Below are positions 15,090-25,273 of a stretch of 64,000 bases of DNA, one piece after another. The stretch lies in contig RHPI01002973.1 in assembly GCA_009103225.1 (NCBI GenBank), positions 1-64,000 on the forward strand, given 5' to 3'. The position numbers and the translations under genes were made by a program. The stretch comes from Chlorokybus atmophyticus. Taxonomy: Eukaryota > Plantae > Mesostigma and Chlorokybus algae. The notes under the pieces are model-generated. The model had not been told where the DNA came from. It searched no databases and saw only the letters and a list, made by a program, of their open reading frames with translations. Each line of letters starts with the position of its first letter. Position 1 is the stretch's first letter.

Positions 15090-16620
15090 CGCTCGGCGAA
15101 GGGCGGTGATGTGCAAGGACGCCGCCGCCTGTGCCGTCGTTGACAAGGGGCCAGGCGGGCGAGGCGAGCAGGCTCTGGGCGAGGGGAGCGCCTGGCACCC
15201 CGTTCAACCTCTTCAGCGACTCCCGGCGTGAGTTTCTGTTGGGAGGCGGTTTGACTGAGTGAATTATGCGGGTTTTGCAGCCCATCCCAGTCCGTCAGCC
15301 AACGCCACTTTCCTTGCAGCCTGGGTCGCGGTATGTCGCCCGGATAGTCGCGAAGTCGACGTGCGATGTACGCGACATGCGGTGTTGAGTAAGGCGCCTG
15401 TCGACGTTGACAGCGTGCTTGTAGACAACTCTATAATTTGTTGTTTTGGGTGACCGGCGTCGACAGGCGTCGTGTGTCGCTCTTAAGATCGAGTTTAACT
15501 ACCTTCCATCGACCTTGGTCGAAACCTAATTCCGGGACGGCGATTGACGTTTCTGTCAACGTCGCAGCGAGCCCATTGTCGACGATAACAGCCACCACAG
15601 ATGATCGACATAAAAATTCCCTCAACCCAATTTCACCGTCGACTGACGTCGATAGAACGCGACTCCCAGGCTGCAAGGATAGCAGGGCAAGTTGCGTTGC
15701 CTGAGCGACTGATCCGCACATGTGTTCCATCAGCCAGTATTCACTTAAGGGAAAAGGTTGTTGGGGAATAATGAACCTTGCTGCCGCAAATCGCTGCGCT
15801 GAGTCTTTTATTCCACATCACGTACAATCATGCTTAACGGTGTTTAAGGTAGGTTCGTTGGCATGCAGTAGCATATCAGCTAAAAGCTGCATGCGGTAAA
15901 AGGGAGCACGAATAAACAAACAACATTTGCACAGCTGTTCGTTTGCATTGTTTTGCAAACATGCAGCTGTGCATATGTTGTGACCTATCTTCCACCAACA
16001 CTGCACCTGAGATCAACCATCACTTGAGGACAGCAGAAACGTTTTGTTGCCATTCTGTTCCGAGTGCCATTGTTCCGAATGCCACCAGTGGTTGGTACTG
16101 CCGTGGCTGTTATAGCCGTCATTGTCATGGCAGTGCACGTCGCTGACAACAACAATTACCTGATTGCCATGCAATTGCTGCCTGCACTACACGTGCTTCC
16201 ATTGCATGGTATGATAACAGCACGCATGTCCAGTTACCCCATACACTGTCTTGTAAACTGAAAATGTTGTGGTTTGAATATTGCCCCATCAGGTTTGTCT
16301 CTAATGCGAGATGATGACACGCCACCAAGCAGCACGCTTGCAATCACACTATCAATTTCCGGCACGGAGGAGCTCTTCGAGTCTCTGGACCTCGCGTTGC
16401 CGAGTACTTATGAGCCCTCACATGTTACAACCCCAACACAACAACCGACACAACAATTTGAACAGCAATACCAACAACAAACGCCGCCGCAGGAGCAACA
16501 TCATCACGCCAGATGATGAGCACAGACTTCAGCTCCAACCCGTGTTAAACGATGATGACAGAACTATGCCGTTAGGCGCAGATGAAAGGACAGTTTAACT
16601 CATTAAACGAAGCGAAGAGT
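15090..16620 (+). pseudogene. Diverged partial duplicate of the MAD1 upstream region and 5' coding part (paralog of ~5912-6975)
   Basis: Shared gcgcctggcaccccgttcaacc, gaggacagcagaaac and RDDDTP..STLAIT/KRRR.SNIITPDDEH.LQLQ.VLNDDD blocks; the copy has a frameshift and a stop. Confidence 0.85.
15308..15682. mobile_element. MITE-like insertion with imperfect terminal inverted repeats
   Basis: ctttccttgcagcctgggtcgcg at 15308 versus cgcgactcccaggctgcaaggatag ending at 15682; absent from the original MAD1 upstream region. Confidence 0.65.
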
Positions 16621-18083
16621 CAACTCGTACTTGATAATAAGCACCAGCCAAGTCAATCTTGCTGAAGAATGCAGATCCAGACAATTGCTGTAACGATTCA
16701 TCAATACGTGGCAGAGGGAACCTGTTCTTTTTGGTGATGCGGTTCAAGCCACGGTAGTCAATGCACATTCGCAGCTTGCCATCTTTCTTCCTTGCAAACA
16801 GGATCGGTGCAGCGTAAGGTGACTTTGAAGGCCGTATCAAACCTCTGTGCAGCAAGTCCTGCACTTGGCGCTCTGCTTCTGCCACCTCAGCAGGGGACAT
16901 CTTGAAGACAGGGCGGTAAGGAGGCTTGTGATAATCAGAAAGCAGCTCTACACTGATCAACATGTCTCCTTAGAGGTAGACCACTGTGTAGACCTTCAAC
17001 CAGCACATCAGCAAAGTCACGCAACATCGTCTTCAACTCCGGAGTGCGTGGAATCTCACCACTTGTCTCCTCAGCAACACTATCATACTTGCGCTTCTTA
17101 ATGACACACAGCAAGCCTTCCGTTGCATTGCTGCACACTTGCCTCATGAAGTTTGCAGGGGAGAGGGCACAAAGCAGCGACCCATCATCATGATCGGGAC
17201 GAGAGCGCCTAAGTCTCAAATGCCTGCCTTCAACTTTATGACAAGCTCCATTGGTCGCAATTTCACAACGAGATGACAGCATGATAGTCTCTGGCTGATC
17301 CCTCTTCGGAGCATCAGCAGCAGCAGAGACAACAGCAGTGCAGTCATTGACAACATGCGGTGTAGCAGACCGTACATACCCGCATGGTAGACGCGTGCAT
17401 TGCTGAACAACCGTCGAGCATGGGCATGTAACAGATAAAGCGTACCGACCAGATGTGTCAGCTCCCACAGCTGCAATTATGGCAGATGAAGAAGGTGCCA
17501 TAGGGACACACAACGTCTTCAATCTCCAGTCAACAGATTCGTTTTGCAGCTCGAGCCAAGGCATGCCAAGAATACCAACATACTTGCCACGCAGCAACGT
17601 GCAAGTGAACTGCAAAAAATCACCTATAGATGGAGTAAGCTTGACCAACACCTGGTTGCTCAACTCCGAAGTAGCACAACGCCCATCAGGGAATATAACT
17701 TTGCCACCAGTAATGCCAGACAATAAGGAATGTCTCCGAGCAAACTCGATGTCAAGGAAGTTGTGCGTCGCGCCACAATCGATGAGAAAATGACCATCGT
17801 GACCTCCGACTTGGGCTTCGAGGATGATCAATCCTCCATGGGCATGCGTGCGCAACTCAACTCCATCGCAAGCAGATGCAGAAAAAAACTCAGCTGTCCG
17901 CACCTGAGGCTGCATCCTAGTCTCAGCAATAGCCCTAATGTCTACTGAGACTGACCATTTTCCTGCTGCTTGATGCTGCTTGTCGCATTCAGATGCTTGG
18001 GCTTGGAGGGGAGTACTCCGGCAGGTCGACGAGGCTCTTTGCAAGCAATAAATTTGTGGGACTTGTCTCCACAATTCCAGCAA
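16620..18083 (-). pseudogene. pol: Gypsy pol (protease plus N-terminal RT; frameshifted and truncated)
   Basis: ORFs 16935-18083 and 16595-16963. Confidence 0.85.
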
Positions 18084-19010
18084 AGAAAACCACGCGAGTG
18101 GGTGCCTTTAGTAGCACGCTGAAAGGTTGCCACAAGAGAAGGAACATCGCTTTCTTTCTCTCTATCAGCATCACCACTTGCAGCAGCAGCATATGACTTC
18201 ACCTCGTAGCGTGATGGTTGCTCAAGCCGCAATTGAGAAGCAGGTCGGGATTGAGAAAAAGATCGTTGAAAAAGAGCATCCGCACGCTTCGCTCGCTTGA
18301 TAGCATTTTGTAGAGTGGTCGGTCCACTGTTCTCAACCTCCAGACGAACGTGTGGCTTGAGCCCCCGAACAAACTTGTCCAAGCGCTCCTCATCAATCAT
18401 GCCGGGGATAAACAGAGTCGTGTGCAAAAACTTCTCCGTGTATACAGCAACGGATGTCATTTGAGTCAATGCGTGAAGGCGATCCCGAGCACTTTGCTTA
18501 CTAGTAATGGGAACAAATTGCCTGCGCACTTCCGCAGCACACTCTTCAAAGGTTGACAGCGTTAGAGCATTTCCGCTCTCCACACGAGACAAATAAGACC
18601 TCCACCATGTCAATGCAGCACTTTGCAGATACATGGCCGAAGCAACGACGTGCTGATGCGAGGGGACACGCGCAAGATCGACATACTGCCGACAATGAAA
18701 TAAATACGCATCAATTTTGTCCTCATCTCGCTGACCGTGATAGAAGTCCGGTTTTGCTGGCTTGAACTGATGGGAGGATGACGTAATGAAACCTCCAGCA
18801 CCTTGTGACACTGCAGCAACTCCATCCGAAGAGGTTGCTGAGCGCCCCTCCACCGCACGTAGACGCTCCTCTGCAGCGACCGCGCGTTGGTTAACAGAAT
18901 TGGCAGCCTCCTCAGCTACTTGTAAACGCTCCTCATTGGTGGTGAGGCGAGCCATCAAGCTTTAGAGCTGCTCACTCAGCACCTCGATGCGTTGGGTGTT
19001 GTTCACCATG
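17942..19010 (-). pseudogene. gag: Gypsy gag (one early in-frame TAA)
   Basis: KPAKPDFYHG, YLQSAALTWW, LDKFVRGLKP, CCHC zinc knuckle. Confidence 0.85.
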
Positions 19011-19756
19011 GTGGGAAGAGGAAAAGTGTCCGATGTAACAAGGATCAATATATGTGGCTATTCACCTGATAACCACCTGCAAAACTAGCTCCGATACCAA
19101 AATGTAACGATGCTCGTACTGATTGAACACCTCACCAGAGCTACCAGCCTGATGAACGAGCTAAGATGCAATTGAGCACATTAATGGCGCTATCACATGT
19201 GCACCTACTCGCAATCAATCAACAACAGTATTCGCACCGTGGGGTTGAACACCTTGAGGGCAATGTAGGCGCCTCAAAGCTTGTGGGGGCAGTCCGGTCC
19301 GTGCAAGAGCTGTAGCAAAAGCAAACCCACGCGCACATTCGCACCGTGGATGCAAACTACACAAGCACGCACACACCGTCCACAACAAGGGCAATTACCT
19401 TGATTTCCACTTGGTCCAACCTCCCTAATAGCAGTATACTAGCTACTTATATACCTAAGAGGCTACACTATCATTGTAGAAGTCAACTATGTTGACTCCA
19501 CCGCGAACACATGCTCAAAAACACGTGAATTAGCTGTTTAAACTGCGTCGGCGCATAGAACCTATCAACGGTGGTCAAATGTCAGCGCATAACGCTCGCG
19601 TGACCTTTTAAACGCGCGCCCTCGATGTAGAAATAACCCGGCGACTCGGGACTTTATATAAGCATGACGCGTCAGGCCTGTCAAATAGGGCCATTTTAGG
19701 GTAAAAGGGAACTAGAAATGTAGCTTAAAAGCAAGTGCAACACCAACTTTGTTACA

Positions 19757-21665
19757 GTTAGTAAGGCTTCAGTCTGCAGTCCGGAGTCTGGTCCGACGAC
19801 GCCATCTTGTTAAGTCCGGACCTAGTGCTCGTCCTTACGACCTTCTACTCCTGTGTGGAGGGTCGATGCTGATCGTATGTAAGAATACTCTTAACACTCC
19901 CACGTGAGCAGCTTGACCTCCAACGCTTGCTCCTGTAGTCAAATACAGCTGCCAAGTCCTGCGCAACAAGACTTGAACTTGAGCGGTGACAATGGCTTCG
20001 TCATGAAGTCCGCCAGCATGCTCTTGGTGTTGCAGTACTGGAACTCCACCTCCTTCCTTGTGACTCCGTCACGCACAAAGTGATGCATGACATCAATGTG
20101 CTTTGTCCTTGCCGAGGCGATAGGGTGCTTCAACAACTTGCAAGTCGTCAACTGTGACAACCAAGGAGCCATCAATTGATGGCTCCTTGGTTGTCACAGT
20201 TGATGACGATGCACGCCATGGGGTGCTCCAAATCTGCCATGAGCTTGCGAAGCAAGAGTGCCTCCTTCACTGCTGCTGCCGCTGCCATGTACTCAGCCTC
20301 TGATGTAGATGCTGCTGTTGTTGGCTGCAGCCTGCTGTTCCAGCTCACCACGCCTTCGTTCAGCTTAAAGACGTAGCCTGTAGTGGACCTCCTGCTGTTG
20401 TGGTCACCAGCAAAGTCCGAGTCGCAGTAGCCCTCTAACTCAGTGCTCCCGCTCCCAATCTTGATGCCAACTGTTGCGCTCCCAGCAACATAGCGTAGTA
20501 CTCCCTTTGCTGCACTCCAGTGCTCCATGCTCGGTGCAGACATGTAGCGAGCACATACTCTCACAGCATGTGCAACATCGGGACGTGTGCACACTGCCAG
20601 ATAAAGCATGCTACCTACCAGCTCACCATATGGATACTGAGCCTTGTCGAGTTCTTCCTCATCCTTTGCCTTGATGAGGGCAGTGCCAAGTGCTAGCGGT
20701 GTGGTCTTGGTCTTTGCATCAGTGAGCCCGAACTTGGTGACGCGTCTTCCCACCATCTGCTCCTGACTGATCTTGATTTTGCGAGCAGCCTTGTCGCGCT
20801 CAATCACCATGCCAAGAAACCACTTGGCCTCTCCAAGATCACGAGCTGAGAATGCTTGCTGTAGCGCAAGTTTCGTCTCCTGCAGGTGGTGCACCTGCCT
20901 GGCGGTAATGAGAATATCATCCACATACACGAGCAGCCCAACCTTGTTGTCTACATGGAAGAAGAGCCCAGGGTCTGCAGAGGATGCGGTGAAGCCAAGT
21001 GCCTCCAGCTCTTTGGTGAGCTTGATGTGCCACATACGCGGTGCCTGTCGCATCCCGTACAGTGCCTTGATCAGCTTGCACGCTGTGCCTCTCTCCCCCT
21101 CTTTATAATTAGGTGGTTGCTCAATAAACATCTCCTCCTCCAGCTCTCCGTAGAGGAAGGCAGTCTTCACGTCAAGGTAATGCAGCTTTAGGTCCTCAGC
21201 AGCAACCACAGCTAGCAGTGCACGGAAGGTGGTATGCTTACTTGCAGGTGCAAACACTTCGTTGAAGTCCACACCTTCCTGCTGCAAGAAGCCCTTTGCC
21301 AACAGTCTTGCCTTGTAGCGCTTAATGTTGCCCTGACCATCACGCTTCACCTTGAAGACCCATTTCACTGGAATGGTCTTCACTCCTTGCGGTAACTACT
21401 CAAGTGACTAAGTGTTGTTGGCATGGAGTGACGCAATCTCCTCGTCCATAGCATGCTGCCATTGCTCCGCAGCTGGTGCTAACAATGCCTCCTCGTAGGT
21501 GCTTGGCTCCTCGTTGTGCACACTGGCGACGTGTGCCTTGTGTAAGAAGTCAGGTGCCTTTCTCTCCCTCACTGGGTATCTCCGAGCTGCGTGCTCCTGC
21601 TGCAGGTGCGGCTCCTCCTGACCTGCTACAGCTGAGTCCTGCTCACCCTTATTGTTGATGATGGC
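19757..21665 (-). mobile_element. Ty1/copia fragment, LTR family A: RT-RNaseH plus 3' LTR cut by the gypsy insertion
   Basis: RYKARLLAKGF, LDVKTAFLYGEL, LLVYVDD, GYCDSDFAGD, RTKHIDVMHHFVR; PPT CGTGGGAG; LTR 19757-19896 matches the first part of the LTRs at 44990 and 61936. Confidence 0.95.
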
Positions 21666-22436
21666 CTTGCCTGTAGCCTCCACTGTCTCAGGATGAGCAA
21701 CCGCCTGGAATACGCCCTGGCACTCTCGCCCGGCTCCCTTGGCGCCTTGCTCGTTTCCAGCCACATAGCGTCCTCTATGGCCAGCCCCCAGCCATATACA
21801 AACTTTTGCGCAACATCTTCCATTCTCCACAGTTGGGTCTGCAACCAAAAGGCCAGTTAGTGTCCTGTAACAGGTTGACAGTCTGCATTGACAGCTGCCT
21901 AACAAGCAAGCATGCATGCAACAATGCAACCACTTACTTTGTCTGTCTGCCCATCAGGTGGCCCATGGAAAGGGTCATAGTCCAGTAGTAGCTCCTCCTG
22001 CCTGTATGTCCTTGATCGCATACACAGTGACAGCTGGCTTGCCAGCATCATCGAAGTCCGACCAGAGCATGGCGTTGGGCTCACGTTGTTGCCCGTGTAC
22101 GCAATTAATGTAAGCTGCCACATTGCCAGTGCGGGGGTGGCCATCGATAACAACCTGATATTTGTTGGGTTTTTTTGGCGGGAACAGGTTGACGTGATAT
22201 CGTCTGTGGTGTTGAAAGCCGGTTGTTAGCTGGCAACTGTGGAAGACATCCCGCTGCTCCTGGTATGTGAACCATTTGCCGTCGTATGGCATCAGGTACT
22301 CCTCTGCAAAATTGCACACAGGTCATCAGTTATAAGCACAGGTGTATACACAAACACATCGCGTATACACGTGCACGCACCATTCGCTATGTCCTGACGG
22401 GCAAACAGTCCCAGTCCAACACCAGTGATTGTGGAG

Positions 22437-23356
22437 TGTAACAATTGGGGCCCGACCACTAGGCTATGGTAGTAAAAGACACTACCATGAGTGAGGTCTG
22501 TCACAATTTATCCCAATTCGTGACATTCCTCCCCAATTTAACCCATTAGTTCCTCATAATCCAATGAGGCACTAGCCCACGTCGCCGTTTTCGCGGCCGT
22601 ACCACAATCGGTCTGCCCGCGGCCTGTTGGATCCGGCCCACGAACGGTCCTGACCGACCGAACGGCCATCCTCACCGCGCGACCTGCCATCGCAGCGCGA
22701 CCGTTCACGCGGCCTTAGGTTGAACTGGCTCGGCGCGCAGGTCGTGATCCCGCGCCCAGCCTAGGGCAAGCCGCCCCAAATGTTTTTGTTTTTGCCTTGG
22801 ATCTGCCTCAGTCCCCTACGGGAATTGAACCTGAGACGTCAAGCTCCGAAACCATTGTAACAATTGGGGCCCGACCACTAGGCTATGGTAGTAAAAGACA
22901 CTACCATGAGTGAGGTCTGTCACAATTTATCCCAATTCGTGACATTCCTCCCCAATTTAACCCATGAGTTCCTCATAATCCAATGAGGCACTAGCCCACG
23001 TCGCCGTTTTCGCGGCCGTACCACAATCGGTCTGCCCGCGGCCTGTTGGATCCGGCCAACGAACGGTCCTGACCGACCGAACGGCCATCCTCACCGCGCG
23101 ACCTGCCATCGCAGCGCGACCGCTCACGCGGCCTTAGGTTGAACTGGCTCGGCGCGCAGGTCGTGATCCCGCGCCCAGCCTAGGGCAAGCCGCCCCAAAT
23201 GTTTTTGTTTTTGCCTTGGATCTGCCTCAGTCCCCTACGGGAATTGAACCTGAGACGTCAAGCTCCGAAACCATTGTAACAATTGGGGCCCGACCACTAG
23301 GCTATGGTAGTAAAAGACACTACCATGAGTGAGGTCTGTCACAATTTATCCCAATT
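22437..23356 (-). mobile_element. Tandem array of a TRIM (89-bp LTR plus 330-bp internal part; period 419 bp; at least 3 LTRs, runs into the gap)
   Basis: LTRs at 22437-22525, 22856-22944 and from 23275; minus-strand LTR TGTCAC...GTTACA, PBS TGGTTTCGGAGC, PPT TGGGGAGGAA; copies differ by SNPs. Confidence 0.85.
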
Positions 23357-23802
23357 NNNNNNNNNNNNNNNNNNNNNNNNNNNNNNNNNNNNNNNNNNNN
23401 NNNNNNNNNNNNNNNNNNNNNNNNNNNNNNNNNNNNNNNNNNNNNNNNNNNNNNNNNNNNNNNNNNNNNNNNNNNNNNNNNNNNNNNNNNNNNNNNNNNN
23501 NNNNNNNNNNNNNNNNNNNNNNNNNNNNNNNNNNNNNNNNNNNNNNNNNNNNNNNNNNNNNNNNNNNNNNNNNNNNNNNNNNNNNNNNNNNNNNNNNNNN
23601 NNNNNNNNNNNNNNNNNNNNNNNNNNNNNNNNNNNNNNNNNNNNNNNNNNNNNNNNNNNNNNNNNNNNNNNNNNNNNNNNNNNNNNNNNNNNNNNNNNNN
23701 NNNNNNNNNNNNNNNNNNNNNNNNNNNNNNNNNNNNNNNNNNNNNNNNNNNNNNNNNNNNNNNNNNNNNNNNNNNNNNNNNNNNNNNNNNNNNNNNNNNN
23801 NN
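23357..23802. other. Assembly gap
   Basis: Run of N. Confidence 1.
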
Positions 23803-25273
23803 TGCTGCTGCTGCTGCTGCTGCGCCTGCTCCGCTTGCTCCTCTTCCACCTCCAACTGCGTATTGCGAGGCCAAAAGATATACTGCCTTGACAGCCGTCC
23901 CGCTTCGTCCCACAGTTCTTGCGTCTGTAACCTTGGGTAAGTAAGAATGCCGCGATAATTGGTGTACAAATGCATCAACTCACCCATCCTGCGATGGCCA
24001 TGACTTCTGCCATTTTGTAGTACTTCAGCACCGCGACATGTGGGTGAGGGTGGGCCGGGAATTGATCCTTCTGCAATACGCTGCTGGTGAGTTTCTCGTG
24101 CAATGGGACATGTCACGCAAATGTAAGTTGATAACTAGGCTGATAGAACAAAACAACATCATGCATAGCAAGTGACATGCACAGGATCCCAGCAGCGACT
24201 GTCAATGCGATGCGCGATGCGCCTTAGCACAGAGCATTGACAGCCTATGCATGTCGTAAACAATCTTGATTGTTGAACGTTCTTACCTTGATGGCTTGCT
24301 GGTATTGAAGCCCCATAGCCTTGCACACATCCTGGTCCTCCCTACCGCCCCGGTTGTTAATCATGCGCACGCATCGGCACACCTGCGTGTTGAAATGCTG
24401 TCCGATTTTGGTGGGCTTGGTCTCTCCCCCAGTTGGTTGACCCCTTGCATCACGGTGACCAGCTTGCACATTGCACATGCAGAACGGGCAGCCCCAAATA
24501 AACGGCGCCCCTGTGGACGCCCGCCTTCGTTCCATGATGTCCAACTGCCTGGCAATCCTTCTCCTAGCGACTGTCTTGTACAACTTCTCACAGCTCCGCA
24601 CACCTCTCCTCGCTTCACCCTGCGCCCTGAGCTACACCCATAACCACCACCACAACCACCACAACCACAACAATAGCAAACTATACTAGCGAGACCATGC
24701 AACGGCTATGTACGCCGCCAACCTCCGTCCAATCTATGATGTCCCATCAATGACAGCCGCCAAGTTGGTGAGTCCCTAGCCCTAACACTGCTAACCCTTG
24801 ACAGCCGCCTTGTAAATTCTACGCAATTTGTTGCTAGCAGTGCGTTTAGCGTCGATTCGACGACAATAAATAAATGACAACCCCCAGATATAAGGTGAGT
24901 CTAGGGATTGACAGCCGCGTTGCTAGCTAGCTTTGTGAGTTCCATTGACTGTGTCGCACTGCATTTGGCACTGCACAATTGCGGCTTGTGCGGCGGTCAC
25001 AATGCTTGTGCGGCTCGTGCGAATGTCCATATGGAACAGAATAGGACTTGACAGTCCTAGTGAGTGAGTAGTGAGTTCGCTTGCGAGTTTGCATGCGCCC
25101 TGGTTGTGTGTTGCTTGAAAAATTGCACTAGTCGTTTGTGGTTTGCTGCTTGAGCTGGCAGCGCTTACCTGAAAGGTGTTTTGCTTTGAAGCTTGCATGC
25201 CTTGTTGATTGTGCGCTGAGTCACTGTCTGTGCACTAAGTTCGGTTGCTTGTTCAGGCTGTTCAGCTGACATT

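Larger units (their letters stand above)
16620..19756 (-). mobile_element. Ty3/gypsy LTR retrotransposon, 3'-truncated within RT (5' LTR, PBS, gag, PR, partial RT)
   Basis: LTR 19103-19756 with TGTAAC...GTTACA ends; PBS TGGTATCGGAGC at 19088-19099; gag with CWNCGDKSHKFIAC knuckle; protease FLIDCGATHNF; RT SKSPYAAPILF, LRMCIDYRGLN, FSKIDLAGAYYQ. Confidence 0.93.
21670..24630 (-). pseudogene. Multi-exon SET-domain protein gene; frameshifted, interrupted by the TRIM array and a gap
   Basis: GVGLGLFARQDI, EYLMPYDG, GNVAAYINC...NA, VTVYAIKDIQAG-(frameshift)-EELLLDYD; upstream Cys-containing and poly-Q exons at 23800-24630. Confidence 0.8.

Noticed and set aside
22815-22895. Functional tRNA gene (including a TTA suppressor reading)
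   Set aside because: No paired acceptor or anticodon stem can be built; the sequence is the TRIM LTR/PBS junction
22437-23356. CRISPR array or plain satellite
   Set aside because: No unique spacers; the units have LTR, PBS and PPT structure
23304-23940. Long ORFs spanning the N runs (also 52348-52863)
   Set aside because: Artefacts of translating assembly gaps
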